Shown here: positions 19,018-29,432 of the stretch, piece by piece
Position numbering within the stretch: position 1 is the first letter of the stretch
How the letters are laid out: each line of letters begins with the position of its first letter
Assembly: GCA_963927715.1 (NCBI GenBank)
Contig: CAWVBU010000002.1
Span: forward strand, 515,550 to 579,549
Length of the DNA: 64,000 nt
DNA from: an uncultured Blautia sp.
GTDB lineage: Bacteria; Bacillota; Clostridia; Lachnospirales; Lachnospiraceae
Reading direction: 5' to 3'
Notes under the pieces: generated by a model
Told to the model about the DNA's origin: nothing
Database searches by the model: none
What the model saw: only the letters and a program-made list of their open reading frames with translations
Made by a program: the position numbers and the translations under genes

Positions 19018-20918
19018 ATCAGTTTTTGCCCATGAGCCGGCAGGAAATGGAAGATTTACATATTCAGCAGATGGATTTTGTCTATGTGACGGGAGATGCC
19101 TATGTGGATCACCCGTCTTTTGGCGCTGCCATCATCTGCAGGCTGCTGCAGAGCCGCGGTTATCAGGTGGGAATTATCGCGCAGCCGGACTGGCGTGACG
19201 CGGAAAGCATCCAGGTATTCGGCGAACCGCGGCTGGCCTTTCTGGTAAGCGCGGGAAATATGGATTCCATGGTGAACCATTACACGGTGGCAAAAAAGAG
19301 GCGGCATCAGGACGCTTATTCTCCGGGAGGAAAGATGGGACTGCGTCCGGACCGGGCCGTGACGGTCTACGGCAATCTGATACGCAGAAGCTATAAAAAG
19401 ACTCCTGTGATTCTGGGAGGAATCGAAGCCAGTTTGCGAAGACTGGCTCATTATGATTATTGGGAAGACCGGCTGCGAAGGTCGGTTCTGCTGGATTCCG
19501 GCGCGGATCTGATCTCTTACGGGATGGGAGAGCATTCCATCCTCGAGATCGCCCAGGCCCTGGACAGCGGAATTCCGGTGGGAGCGCTCACCTATATTCC
19601 GGGAACGGTCTTTCACACGGACAGCCTGGAGGAGCTGCAGAATGTAACCGTGCTGCCCTCCTATGAGGAGATGACGGAAGACCGGATGAAATACGCGGAG
19701 AGTTTCGCCGTGCAGTATCGGAATACGGATCCCATCCGCGGGAACATTCTGGCGGAATCCTATGGGAACCGGGGTTATGTGGTGCAGAATCCGCCGGCGA
19801 TGCCGCTCTCCCAGGAAGAGATGGACGATGTCTATGATCTTCCCTATCAGAGAACCTGGCATCCCCGTTACGAAAAAGAAGGCGGGATTCCCGCGTTCCG
19901 GGAAATCCGCTTCAGCCTGACCAGCAACCGGGGCTGTTTCGGCGGCTGCAATTTCTGTGCCCTGACCTTTCATCAGGGAAGAATGGTGCAGACGAGAAGC
20001 CATGAGTCTCTGAAAAAGGAGGCAGAAGGATTTCTTGGGGATCCGCTTTTCAAAGGGTATATCCACGATGTGGGAGGCCCCACGGCGGATTTTCGGCAGC
20101 CTTCCTGTGAGAAGCAGAGAAAACACGGCGTCTGTGAAAACCGGCAGTGTCTGTTTCCCAGCCCCTGTCCGAACCTGAAGGCGGATCACAGGGATTATGT
20201 GGAACTTCTCAGAGAACTGCGGGAGATTCCCGGGGTCAAAAAGGTGTTTGTCCGTTCCGGGATCCGTTTCGATTATGTGTTGGCGGACCGGGACCGGACT
20301 TTTCTTCGTGAGCTGGTACAGCATCATATCAGCGGACAGCTTCGGGTGGCGCCGGAACATGTCTCGGACGCTGTGCTTGCCTGTATGGGAAAGCCCAGAC
20401 ATCAGGTGTATGAAGAGTTTCTCAGGGAATATAACCGGGAAAACCAGAAGACCGGAAAGAAGCAGTACGCGGTTCCGTATTTCATGTCTTCCCATCCGGG
20501 CTGTACCATGAAAGAAGCGGTGAAGCTGGCGGAATACATCCGGGATCTGGGATTTATGCCGGAACAGGTTCAGGATTTCTATCCGACGCCTTCCACGCTT
20601 TCCACCTGTATGTATTACACGGGAATCCATCCGCTGACCGGGGAGAAGGTCTATGTCCCCAGAGATCCCCACGAGAAGGAGATCCAGAGGGCTCTGATCC
20701 AGTACCGCAATCCCGCCAATGAAAAGCTGGTGAGAGAAGGTCTTAAGATTGCCCATCGGGAGGATCTGATCGGATACGGACCCAAATGTCTGCTCCGTTC
20801 CCGGGGCGCCAGGAATGCTCCCGGGAAAAAAGAACCGGAAAGAAAAAAGAAAAAAACCATTCGGAATGTACATAAAAAGAAAAAAGGATTGCCTTCCCGG
20901 GAAGGCAGAAAGGGGTAA
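19014..20918 (+). CDS. YgiQ family radical SAM protein
   Basis: GDAYVDHPSFG, NRGCFGGCNFCALTFHQGR (CxxxCxxC), EQVQDFYPTPST. Confidence 0.93.
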   Translation: MNQFLPMSRQEMEDLHIQQMDFVYVTGDAYVDHPSFGAAIICRLLQSRGYQVGIIAQPDWRDAESIQVFGEPRLAFLVSAGNMDSMVNHYTVAKKRRHQDAYSPGGKMGLRPDRAVTVYGNLIRRSYKKTPVILGGIEASLRRLAHYDYWEDRLRRSVLLDSGADLISYGMGEHSILEIAQALDSGIPVGALTYIPGTVFHTDSLEELQNVTVLPSYEEMTEDRMKYAESFAVQYRNTDPIRGNILAESYGNRGYVVQNPPAMPLSQEEMDDVYDLPYQRTWHPRYEKEGGIPAFREIRFSLTSNRGCFGGCNFCALTFHQGRMVQTRSHESLKKEAEGFLGDPLFKGYIHDVGGPTADFRQPSCEKQRKHGVCENRQCLFPSPCPNLKADHRDYVELLRELREIPGVKKVFVRSGIRFDYVLADRDRTFLRELVQHHISGQLRVAPEHVSDAVLACMGKPRHQVYEEFLREYNRENQKTGKKQYAVPYFMSSHPGCTMKEAVKLAEYIRDLGFMPEQVQDFYPTPSTLSTCMYYTGIHPLTGEKVYVPRDPHEKEIQRALIQYRNPANEKLVREGLKIAHREDLIGYGPKCLLRSRGARNAPGKKEPERKKKKTIRNVHKKKKGLPSREGRKG

Positions 20919-20921
20919 CGT

Positions 20922-21530
20922 TTGTTTCAGAAAGTGCCAAAAGGGGAATTCGGTTATTTTTCCAGCGAAAAAAAGAGAAGGGCAGTCATCACGGCGGTGC
21001 TGTTTCTGATTCCGCTGACGGCTTATTTTATCGGCTGGGCGTATTTCAAGACCAGACTTACCGTTCTCACGGTAATTGTCGTGGTAGGATGTCTGCCTGC
21101 CTGCCGCAGCGCGGTTTCTCTGATTATGATTCTCATGAGAAAGGCCATGGACCGGGAGCTTTACGACCGGATCCGCGCTCACCAGGGAGACCTTGTGATG
21201 GCTTATGAGCTGTATCTGACCTCCTACGAAAAAAGCGGCGGCCTGGATGCGGTCGCCGTGTGCGGAAACCAGGTTGTGGGATATTCCAGCGACAAAAAGG
21301 CGGATCTTCGGCATCTGGAAAACGAGACCCGGAAGATCCTCCAGGGAAACGGCTATGGCGTGAAGGTGAAATTTTTTCAGGATCTGAATCCCTTCCTGGA
21401 CCGGCTGGACTCCATGAACGAGCACAGCGAGGCCCTGCACCGGGATATTCCTTTTAAGCCGGATGAGCGTTATCCGCAGCTGAGCAGAGATGAACTCATC
21501 AAACATACCATTCTGGCGATTGCACTGTGA
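20922..21530 (+). CDS. Conserved hypothetical membrane protein
   Basis: TTG start, two TM segments, GCLPACRSAV motif. Confidence 0.7.
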   Translation: MFQKVPKGEFGYFSSEKKRRAVITAVLFLIPLTAYFIGWAYFKTRLTVLTVIVVVGCLPACRSAVSLIMILMRKAMDRELYDRIRAHQGDLVMAYELYLTSYEKSGGLDAVAVCGNQVVGYSSDKKADLRHLENETRKILQGNGYGVKVKFFQDLNPFLDRLDSMNEHSEALHRDIPFKPDERYPQLSRDELIKHTILAIAL

Positions 21531-21539
21531 GGCGGGCCT

Positions 21540-22553
21540 ATGAGACAGATGAAGATCGGGGAGAACGAGGCGGGACAGAGACTGGATAAATATCTGGCCA
21601 AGCTTCTGCCAAAAGCTCCGAAAGGGTTTCTTTACAAAATGCTTCGAAAGAAGAATATCAAGCTGAACAGGAAAAAAGCATCCGGAAAGGAAAAACTCTG
21701 CCTGGGGGATGAGGTGCAGCTGTTTTTCAAAGACGAGACCTTTGAACAGTTTTCAAAGCAGGAGAGTTTCCGGAAAGCTCACACGAAACTGGATATTCTT
21801 TATGAGGATGAACAGATTCTGCTGCTGAACAAACCTGCGGGAATGCTGTCCCAGAAAGGTCATCCCCAGGATGTCTCCGCGGTGGAATACCTGATTACGT
21901 ATCTGCTGGAGAGCGGACAGATCACTTCCGGGGAGCTTCAGACCTTTCGTCCGGCTTTCTGCAACCGGCTGGACCGCAATACCAGCGGGATTCTGGCGGC
22001 GGGCAAGACCCTTGCCTCGCTTCAGGAACTGTCGCGGCTTTTCCGGGACCGGATCCTGGGAAAATACTATCTGTGTCTGGTGAAAGGATCCCTTGTTCAG
22101 AAAAAATTTATCAAAGGATATTTGCATAAAGAAGAAAAATGTAATAAAGTAGTGATCAAAGAGACGCCGTTTCCGGGAGCCGGGCCCATTGAGACTTCCT
22201 ATGAACCTCTGGCAGGAAACGGGGAGATGACGCTGCTGCGGGTTCATCTGATTACCGGCAGGACGCATCAGATCCGCAGCCATCTGTCCTATGAGGGACA
22301 TCCGATTCTCGGAGATCCCAAGTACGGGGACCAGGAATGGAACCAGTTTTTTTACCGGAAATACGGACTGCGCAGCCAGCTGCTTCACGCGGCCTGGCTG
22401 AAGATCCCGAAGATCGAAGGGACTTTGGGATACCTCTCCGGAAGGCAGTTTTTTGCTCCTCTGCCGAAGCAGTTCGCGGATATTCTGAAAAAGGAGCACT
22501 TGGAGGAGAGTATAGACAATGAAGATATGGCGAGAAATTTGGGAATACGTTAA
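21540..22553 (+). CDS. RluA family pseudouridine synthase
   Basis: S4-like GQRLDKYL, LNKPAGMLSQ, NRLDRNTSG, LITGRTHQIRSHL. Confidence 0.94.
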   Translation: MRQMKIGENEAGQRLDKYLAKLLPKAPKGFLYKMLRKKNIKLNRKKASGKEKLCLGDEVQLFFKDETFEQFSKQESFRKAHTKLDILYEDEQILLLNKPAGMLSQKGHPQDVSAVEYLITYLLESGQITSGELQTFRPAFCNRLDRNTSGILAAGKTLASLQELSRLFRDRILGKYYLCLVKGSLVQKKFIKGYLHKEEKCNKVVIKETPFPGAGPIETSYEPLAGNGEMTLLRVHLITGRTHQIRSHLSYEGHPILGDPKYGDQEWNQFFYRKYGLRSQLLHAAWLKIPKIEGTLGYLSGRQFFAPLPKQFADILKKEHLEESIDNEDMARNLGIR

Positions 22554-23076
22554 GATGATTCTGATTGTTGTCCTGGTTGTTCTGGTGGTGAACAATCTGA
22601 TTCTGATCAATGCCAAGATTCCTTCCGAATCCATGGAGAAGACGATCATGACCGGAGACCGGATCTTCGGATTTCGGCTTTCCTACGGACTGAATCTGAA
22701 GATCGGAGACTGGGAATACAGTCAGAAATTTCAGGATCCGGAGCGTTTCGATGTGGTGATTTTCCGTTATCCGGACGATGAATCCCAGCTTTTTATCAAA
22801 AGGGTGATCGGCCTTCCGGGGGAGACGGTGAATATCGTGGACGGAAAGGTTTACATCAACGATTCCACGGAACCATTGGACGACAGCTTTACGCCGGAGA
22901 CACCGGTGGGAAATTTCGGCCCCTATGTGGTGCCGGAGGATTCCTATTTCATGCTGGGGGACAACCGGAACTGGTCCAAGGATTCCAGATTCTGGAAAAA
23001 TACGTATGTGACCTTCGATGAGATTGTGGGGAAGGCGGTTATCCGGTATTTCCCATCGATCAAACTGATTGAATAG
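22519..23076 (+). CDS. lepB: Signal peptidase I
   Basis: IPSESMEKTI (Ser), FIKRVIGLPGE (Lys), FMLGDNRNWSKDSR. Confidence 0.95.
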   Translation: MKIWREIWEYVKMILIVVLVVLVVNNLILINAKIPSESMEKTIMTGDRIFGFRLSYGLNLKIGDWEYSQKFQDPERFDVVIFRYPDDESQLFIKRVIGLPGETVNIVDGKVYINDSTEPLDDSFTPETPVGNFGPYVVPEDSYFMLGDNRNWSKDSRFWKNTYVTFDEIVGKAVIRYFPSIKLIE

Positions 23077-23095
23077 AAAAGGAGACAGACTTGAA

Positions 23096-23629
23096 ATGGC
23101 AGCTTGGACTTCCAGGGGACTGCGGGGATCCACCCTCGAAGAGATGGTAAACCGCACGAACGAACAGTATGCTTCAAAGAAACTGGCGCTGATCCAGAAG
23201 ATTCCAACGCCGATCACTCCGGTCCGTATCGACAAAGAGCACCGGCATATCACACTGGCGTATTTTGACCAGCGAAGCACGGTGGACTACATCGGCGCGG
23301 TTCAGGGAATTCCGGTCTGTTTTGACGCCAAGGAATGCGGGACTTCCACCTTTCCTCTGGCGAATATCCATCCCCACCAGGTACGTTTTATGGAGGGGTT
23401 CGAACAGCAGGGCGGAATTTCCTTCCTGCTGATTTTTTTCAGCAGCACAGATCAGTTTTATTATCTGACCTTCCGGAAGCTGAAGGTTTTCTGGGAGCGC
23501 AGGGAGAACGGAGGCCGGAAAAGCTTTACCCAGGAGGAACTGGACGAGGAGTTTTATCTGACCTCCCGGGATGGAACTTTCATCCCTTATCTGGACGGGA
23601 TTCAGAAAGATCTTGATCTTCGGGATTGA
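23096..23629 (+). CDS. recU: Holliday junction resolvase RecU
   Basis: RGSTLEEMVN, IQKIPTP, STVDYIG, FDAKE, NIHPHQ. Confidence 0.9.
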   Translation: MAAWTSRGLRGSTLEEMVNRTNEQYASKKLALIQKIPTPITPVRIDKEHRHITLAYFDQRSTVDYIGAVQGIPVCFDAKECGTSTFPLANIHPHQVRFMEGFEQQGGISFLLIFFSSTDQFYYLTFRKLKVFWERRENGGRKSFTQEELDEEFYLTSRDGTFIPYLDGIQKDLDLRD

Positions 23630-23654
23630 CTTTTGCGCGGATTTTTCATATAAT
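23626..23654 (+). promoter_or_regulatory. sigmaA promoter of his operon
   Basis: TTGACT-17 nt-TATAAT, overlapping the recU stop. Confidence 0.8.
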
Positions 23655-23676
23655 CTAACTAATTTTTAGTTTTCAT

Positions 23677-23703
23677 ATGCTACTATAGTAGCATGATAAA
23701 GTA
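23677..23703. promoter_or_regulatory. Candidate his operon operator
   Basis: Perfect 18-bp palindrome ATGCTACTATAGTAGCAT (23677-23694) overlapping TAGCATGATAAAGTA, between promoter and RBS. Confidence 0.55.
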
Positions 23704-23727
23704 TTAAAATGACAGGAGAACAGAACC

Positions 23728-24864
23728 ATGCAGAAAATTTTTCACACTCCGGAGGGAGTCAGGGATATTTTTCAGGAGGAGTGCAGACAGAAATTATGGC
23801 TTCAGAAGAAGATTCAGCACACATTCCACCTCTATGGATACGAAGACGTGGAGACTCCTACTTTTGAATTTTTCGAAGTGTTCAGCCGGGAAGTGGGGAC
23901 GACTCCCTCGAAGGATCTCTATAAATTTTTTGACCGGGAGGGAAATACCCTGGTGCTGCGGCCGGACTTCACCCCTTCCATCGCCCGCTGCGCGGCGTCC
24001 CATTTCTCTCTGGAGAAGGAGACGGTCTGCCTGTGTTATACGGGAAATACCTATGTGAATAATTCCAGTTTTCAGGGCAGAATGAAAGAAGCCACCCAGA
24101 TGGGCGTGGAGCGGATCGGGGATTCCAGCGCGGACGCGGACGCGGAGCTTCTGGCGATGATCGCCCACTGTCTGCTGGAGAGCGGACTGAAGGAATTCCA
24201 GATCAGCGTGGGTCAGGTGGATTTCTTCAAAGCGCTTCTGGAAGACGCGAAGATGGATGAGGAGACGGAGATTGAGCTGCGGGAACTGATCTCCAATAAG
24301 AATAATTTTGGTGTGGAGGAGCTTGTGCGCGGGGAAAATCTTCCGGCAGAGCTGGAGAACGCGTTCTTTCAGCTTCCCTATCTCTTCGGCGGCGGGGAGG
24401 TTCTGGAGAAAGCGAAGAGTCTCACTTCCAACCAGAGAGCCATCCGGGCCATCCACCGTCTGGAGGAGATCTACGAGATTCTGAAGTATTACGGATATGA
24501 AAACTATGTTTCTTTTGATCTGGGAATGCTCAGCAAGTTCCGGTATTATACGGGAATCCTTTTCCAGGCTTATACTTACGGAACCGGCGAGCCCATTGTA
24601 AAAGGCGGACGCTACGATCACCTGCTGGAGCATTTCGGCAAGCCTGCCTGTGCCAGCGGTTTCGGCATTTCCATTGACCAGCTGATGCTGGCGCTGAACC
24701 GGCAGAAAATTGCCGTCAGTCTTCCCCGGGAAGAGGCGGTTACTCTCACCTACACCATGGAGAACCGCAGGGAGGTCATCGGTGAGGCGGCGAAACTGCG
24801 GCGGGAAGGCACTCGTGTGATTGTGAGAAAGGCAGAAGAACGGGAGAGGGACAAAGAGCTATGA
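23728..24864 (+). CDS. hisZ: ATP phosphoribosyltransferase regulatory subunit
   Basis: [42 protein letters not shown]. Confidence 0.94.
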   Translation: MQKIFHTPEGVRDIFQEECRQKLWLQKKIQHTFHLYGYEDVETPTFEFFEVFSREVGTTPSKDLYKFFDREGNTLVLRPDFTPSIARCAASHFSLEKETVCLCYTGNTYVNNSSFQGRMKEATQMGVERIGDSSADADAELLAMIAHCLLESGLKEFQISVGQVDFFKALLEDAKMDEETEIELRELISNKNNFGVEELVRGENLPAELENAFFQLPYLFGGGEVLEKAKSLTSNQRAIRAIHRLEEIYEILKYYGYENYVSFDLGMLSKFRYYTGILFQAYTYGTGEPIVKGGRYDHLLEHFGKPACASGFGISIDQLMLALNRQKIAVSLPREEAVTLTYTMENRREVIGEAAKLRREGTRVIVRKAEERERDKEL

Positions 24865-25496
24865 GATATTTAACATTTGCGCTGGGGAAAGGGAGACTGG
24901 CCAGCAAGACTCTGGAGACTTTTGAGAAAATCGGCATTACCTGTGAAGAGATGAAGGATAAAAAATCCCGGAAGCTTATTTTCGTCAACGAAGAGCTGAA
25001 GCTTCGTTTTTTCCTGGCAAAAGGGCCGGATGTGCCGACTTATGTGGAATACGGGGCGGCGGATATCGGAATTGTGGGAAAGGATACCATTCTGGAGGAA
25101 AACCGCAAGCTCTTTGAGGTCCTGGATCTGGGATTCGGCGCCTGCCGGATGTGTGTGTGCGGCCCCGGGAGCGCCCGGGAATATCTGAATTCGGGACAGC
25201 AGTTCCGTGTGGCTACCAAATACCCGAATATCGCGAAGGAGTATTTTTTCAATCAGAAGCACCGGACCGTGGAAATTATCAAACTGAACGGATCCATCGA
25301 GCTAGCGCCCATCGTGGGGCTTGCGGAAGTCATTGTGGATATTGTGGAGACCGGAAGCACGCTGCGGGAGAACGGGCTGGAAGTCCTGGAAGAGATCTGT
25401 CCGCTGTCTGCCCGCATGGTGGTGAACCGGGTGAGCATGAAAATGGAAGATGAGAGAATCCGCAGGCTGATCCGGGATCTGAGGGCGGTATTGTAG
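24861..25496 (+). CDS. hisG: ATP phosphoribosyltransferase (short form)
   Basis: [49 protein letters not shown]. Confidence 0.96.
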   Translation: MRYLTFALGKGRLASKTLETFEKIGITCEEMKDKKSRKLIFVNEELKLRFFLAKGPDVPTYVEYGAADIGIVGKDTILEENRKLFEVLDLGFGACRMCVCGPGSAREYLNSGQQFRVATKYPNIAKEYFFNQKHRTVEIIKLNGSIELAPIVGLAEVIVDIVETGSTLRENGLEVLEEICPLSARMVVNRVSMKMEDERIRRLIRDLRAVL

Positions 25497-25538
25497 AAGG
25501 GAGCTGTCTCCCAGACGGGAAGAAAAGGAGGAAGAACT

Positions 25539-26843
25539 GTGAGAACCGTAAAATTAGATCAGGCGTCCATCGCGACGCTTCTGGAAGATTTACTGAAGAG
25601 AAGCCCCGGAAGTTACGGGGAATATGAGGCATCGGTGGCGGAGATTCTGGAGAATGTCCGGGAAAAGAAAGACGAAGCGCTCTTTGCCTACACGGAGAAA
25701 TTTGACCATGCCGTGCTGACCGCGGATACGGTGCGCGTGACGCAGGAAGAGATTGACCAGGCGTACCAGGAAGTGGATCCCGAGCTTCTGGCGGTGATCC
25801 GGAAAGCGCTGGTGAATATCCGCAGTTACCACGAGAAGCAGAAACGGCAGAGCTGGTTTGTCACAGAAGAAAAAGGAACCCTGCTGGGGCAGAAGATTCT
25901 TCCCCTTCAGAGAGTCGGAGTCTATGTGCCCGGGGGAAAAGCGGTTTATCCTTCTTCGGTTTTGATGAATGTGGTGCCGGCCAAGGTTGCCGGCGTGGAT
26001 GAGATTATCATGACCACACCGCCCGGGAGGGACGGACGGCTGAATCCCTCCACTCTGGTGGCGGCCCGGGAAGCCGGTGTGGATGTGATCTATAAAGTGG
26101 GCGGCGCCCAGGCGGTGGCGGCCCTGGCATATGGAACCCAGTCCATTCCCAAGGTGGACAAGATCGTAGGGCCGGGAAACATTTTCGTCGCGCTGGCAAA
26201 GAAAGCTGTCTACGGACAGGTGGGAATTGATTCTGTCGCTGGTCCCAGCGAGATTCTGGTGCTGGCGGATGAGACGGCCAATCCCCGCTATGTGGCGGCG
26301 GATCTCCTCTCTCAGGCAGAGCATGATGAGCTTGCCTCCGCGATTTTGATCACCACCAGTGAGACCCTGGCACAGAATGTGAAGAAGGAGATCGACGGTT
26401 TCCTGAAGGTGTTAAGCCGCAGGGAAATCATAGAGAAATCTCTGGAGAATTTCGGTTATATTCTTCTGGCGGATACCATGGAGGAAGCGGTGGAGGCGGC
26501 CAACGCCATCGCTTCGGAACATATGGAAATTGTCACGGCCAATCCGTTTGAGATTATGATGAAGATCCGAAACGCGGGCGCGATTTTCCTGGGGGAGAAC
26601 AGCAGCGAGCCGCTGGGAGATTATTTCGCGGGACCCAACCATGTGCTTCCCACCAACGGGACGGCGAAGTTCTTTTCGCCGCTTGGCGTGGATGATTTCG
26701 TGAAAAAGTCCAGCGTGGTTTATTATTCCAGGGAAGCGCTGGAGGAGATTCATCAGGATATCATACAGTTCGCGAACTGCGAGCAGCTGACGGCGCATGC
26801 CAATTCGATCGCAGTGCGTTTCGAGAAAAAGGAGGAAAAATAA
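25539..26843 (+). CDS. hisD: Histidinol dehydrogenase
   Basis: VGVYVPGGKA, KIVGPGNIFV, AGPSEI, DLLSQAEHD, EHMEI, GDYFAGPNHVLPT. Confidence 0.97.
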   Translation: MRTVKLDQASIATLLEDLLKRSPGSYGEYEASVAEILENVREKKDEALFAYTEKFDHAVLTADTVRVTQEEIDQAYQEVDPELLAVIRKALVNIRSYHEKQKRQSWFVTEEKGTLLGQKILPLQRVGVYVPGGKAVYPSSVLMNVVPAKVAGVDEIIMTTPPGRDGRLNPSTLVAAREAGVDVIYKVGGAQAVAALAYGTQSIPKVDKIVGPGNIFVALAKKAVYGQVGIDSVAGPSEILVLADETANPRYVAADLLSQAEHDELASAILITTSETLAQNVKKEIDGFLKVLSRREIIEKSLENFGYILLADTMEEAVEAANAIASEHMEIVTANPFEIMMKIRNAGAIFLGENSSEPLGDYFAGPNHVLPTNGTAKFFSPLGVDDFVKKSSVVYYSREALEEIHQDIIQFANCEQLTAHANSIAVRFEKKEEK

Positions 26844-27434
26844 ATGGGCAGAGAAGCGTCTGTGGAGAGAAATACCAAGGAGACACAGATTCGGCTGAAG
26901 TTCTGTGTGGACGGTTCCGGCAGGGCGGATCTTGCCACGGGTGTGGGTTTTTTTGACCACATGCTGGACGGGTTTGCCAGACATGGTTTTTTTGATCTGT
27001 CGGTGCAGGTGAAAGGAGATCTTCAGGTGGACGACCACCATACGGTGGAGGATACCGGGATCGTGCTGGGAAGCGCCATCCGGGAAGCGGTGGGAGATAA
27101 GAAAGGCATCCGCAGATACGGAAGCTGCATTCTTCCCATGGATGAAGCGCTGGTTCTGTGCGCGGTGGATTTAAGCGGGCGGCCGTATCTGTCCTTTGAG
27201 GGCGAGTTCACGAAAGCACGTCTGGGGGATCTGGATACCGAGATGATACGGGAATTTTTCTATGCGGTTTCCTACAGCGCTGGAATGAACCTTCACATCA
27301 AGGTGCTGACACCGGGAAACAACCATCATATGGCAGAGGCGATGTTCAAAAGCTTCGCGAAAGCTTTGGATGCCGCCACCACAGTGGATGAGAGGATCCA
27401 GGATGTGCTCTCCACAAAAGGCAGCCTGGAATAG
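26844..27434 (+). CDS. hisB: Imidazoleglycerol-phosphate dehydratase
   Basis: [30 protein letters not shown]. Confidence 0.97.
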   Translation: MGREASVERNTKETQIRLKFCVDGSGRADLATGVGFFDHMLDGFARHGFFDLSVQVKGDLQVDDHHTVEDTGIVLGSAIREAVGDKKGIRRYGSCILPMDEALVLCAVDLSGRPYLSFEGEFTKARLGDLDTEMIREFFYAVSYSAGMNLHIKVLTPGNNHHMAEAMFKSFAKALDAATTVDERIQDVLSTKGSLE

Positions 27435-27445
27435 GAGGAGAAACG

Positions 27446-28729
27446 ATGGATATAAAAATGCTGGTGCCCTGTCTGTATCTGCTGAAGAAAAAAGCAGTGG
27501 CAGGCTGGGGACATAAAAATCTCTTCGGCAGCGGAGATGTGCTCGCGCTGACCGGATATTACAGGGATCACGGAGCGGATGAGCTTCTGGTCTTCGACTT
27601 TTCCTCCTCGGACGCGGAGCATGAGGAAGCCATCGGAATGCTCAAGGAGATCTGCGAGGAAGGAGAGATTCCGGTGATCGCGGCGGGGCACATCGACCGG
27701 GTGGAGGATGTGAAAAAACTGATTTACGCCGGATGCCAGAAGGTCGTTTTAAATTTTTCCAAGGAAAGCAATATCCAGATGCTGGAGGAAGTGTCGAAAC
27801 GGTTCGGAAAAGAAAAAATTCTGGTGAGTATCTCATCCATGGAGGAATTTCAGCCGCGGAAGGAACAGATTGAACAGTTCGCCGGGGGAATTCTGGCGCT
27901 GGACAACCTGGAAGACGCCATCGGGGCCAGTTCCTCCGTGCCGATTCTTCTGCACACGGACGAGCCGAAAGAAGAAGCGCTGATCCGGCTGCTGAAAAAA
28001 GAGAATGTACTGGGAGTGAGCGGAGCGTTTCCGAGCCGCACGGATGAAAGTCTGCTGACGTTAAAAAAACGCTGCCGTCAGGAGAACGTTCCGGTGAATA
28101 CTTTCGAGAGCCGGATTCCCTGGTCTCAGTTTAAGTTAAACAGCGACGGGATGGTTCCTGTGATTGTCCAGGACTACAAAACAGACGAGGTGCTGATGCT
28201 TGCCTATATGAATGAGGAGGCTTACGAGACCACTCTGCTCACCGGCAAGATGACCTACTGGAGCCGCAGCCGGAAGGAACTGTGGGTGAAGGGACTGACT
28301 TCCGGTCATTTTCAGTATGTGAAATCCCTCACTCTGGACTGTGACAACGATACCATTCTGGCGAAGGTGGCTCAGGTGGGAGCTGCCTGCCACACAGGAA
28401 ACCGGACCTGTTTTTTCCAGGAACTGGCGAGAAAAGAGTACGACGACACCAACCCCCTGCGGGTGTTTCAGAATGTCTATGATGTGATTGTGGACCGGAA
28501 AGAACATCCAAAGGAAGGATCCTACACCAATTATCTCTTTGACAAGGGAATCGACAAGATTCTCAAGAAAGTGGGAGAGGAGTGCACGGAGATTGTGATC
28601 GCCGCCAAGAACCCGGATAAGGAAGAGATCAAGTATGAGATCTCGGATTTTCTCTACCATGTTATGGTGCTGATGGTGGAAAAAGGCGTGACCTGGGAGG
28701 AGATTACCCGGGAACTGGCGAAACGATAA
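27446..28729 (+). CDS. hisIE: HisIE (PR-AMP cyclohydrolase/PR-ATP pyrophosphatase) with N-terminal degenerate HisF/HisA-like domain
   Basis: C-half [52 protein letters not shown]; N-half [30 protein letters not shown]. Confidence 0.9.
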   Translation: MDIKMLVPCLYLLKKKAVAGWGHKNLFGSGDVLALTGYYRDHGADELLVFDFSSSDAEHEEAIGMLKEICEEGEIPVIAAGHIDRVEDVKKLIYAGCQKVVLNFSKESNIQMLEEVSKRFGKEKILVSISSMEEFQPRKEQIEQFAGGILALDNLEDAIGASSSVPILLHTDEPKEEALIRLLKKENVLGVSGAFPSRTDESLLTLKKRCRQENVPVNTFESRIPWSQFKLNSDGMVPVIVQDYKTDEVLMLAYMNEEAYETTLLTGKMTYWSRSRKELWVKGLTSGHFQYVKSLTLDCDNDTILAKVAQVGAACHTGNRTCFFQELARKEYDDTNPLRVFQNVYDVIVDRKEHPKEGSYTNYLFDKGIDKILKKVGEECTEIVIAAKNPDKEEIKYEISDFLYHVMVLMVEKGVTWEEITRELAKR

Positions 28730-28750
28730 CCGGACAGAGATTTCCAGATA

Positions 28751-28790
28751 GAAGAAGCTTTCTGTTTTCAGGCCAGGAAGGCTTCTTTTT
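28751..28790 (+). terminator. his operon terminator
   Basis: GAAGAAGCTTTCT...AGGAAGGCTTCTTTTT. Confidence 0.7.
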
Positions 28791-28854
28791 GTGTGAAAAG
28801 AAAATATCCGGCAGCGTTCCTTTCTACTGCTCAGAAATTTTACATGGAGAAATC

Positions 28855-28883
28855 TTGACAAAAAACAGGAGACCTCTTATAAT
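28855..28883 (+). promoter_or_regulatory. Consensus sigmaA promoter of marR-MATE operon
   Basis: TTGACA-17 nt-TATAAT. Confidence 0.88.
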
Positions 28884-28894
28884 TTCTTTCATTA

Positions 28895-28910
28895 AGTCCC
28901 ATATGGGACT
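28895..28910. promoter_or_regulatory. Candidate MarR operator
   Basis: Perfect 16-bp palindrome AGTCCCATATGGGACT just after the predicted TSS. Confidence 0.6.
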
Positions 28911-28982
28911 ATATAGAAGCGGCGGATGCTGCGAGATAAGAAAAAGAACGAGAGAAATATGAGAAGACAGGAGATTTTCATT

Positions 28983-29432
28983 ATGAATTCCAATCAGATT
29001 TTGCTGGGAGAACTCAATGCTGCAGTGAGCCAGTTCCGCGGGGTCTACGCTGCCTGGGCAAGAGAGAAAAAAATTCCCTACCATGAGCTTTTGGTGCTCT
29101 ACCGACTCTGGGAGGCGGGACAATGTTCCCAAAAGGAAATCTGTGATCTGTATCTGCTTCCCAAGCAGACGGTCCACAACATTATTCTACGATATCGAAA
29201 ACAGGGATATCTGGAGATGCTCTCTTCCCTGTCCCCGGGCCGTGAGAAAAGATTCCGGTTCACGCCCTCCGGCAGGAACTATGCAGCGAAGATTATGGAG
29301 CCATTGTCGAAGAAAGAGGAAGAAGTGATTCAGGAACTGGGGGAGGAAGCGGTGCGGAGCATGGCGAATCTGACCCGACGGTTCGGAGAACTTCTGCAGG
29401 AAAAACTTCCAACGGGAGGAGAGGAACTATGA
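28983..29432 (+). CDS. MarR family transcriptional regulator
   Basis: wHTH pattern SQKEICDLYLLPKQTVHNII...REKRFRFTPSG; ATG 28983 with AGGAG. Confidence 0.88.
   Translation: MNSNQILLGELNAAVSQFRGVYAAWAREKKIPYHELLVLYRLWEAGQCSQKEICDLYLLPKQTVHNIILRYRKQGYLEMLSSLSPGREKRFRFTPSGRNYAAKIMEPLSKKEEEVIQELGEEAVRSMANLTRRFGELLQEKLPTGGEEL

Noticed and set aside
19056-21506. 816-aa antisense ORF, and similar long antisense ORFs (e.g. 8985..10994, 7372..8781, 42938..44704, 49792..51345)
   Set aside because: They mirror well-supported sense genes, show no motifs or RBS, and are expected shadows of GC-rich codon usage
23655-23727. T-box or His leader-peptide attenuator
   Set aside because: Leader too short, no T-box motif, no His-codon run
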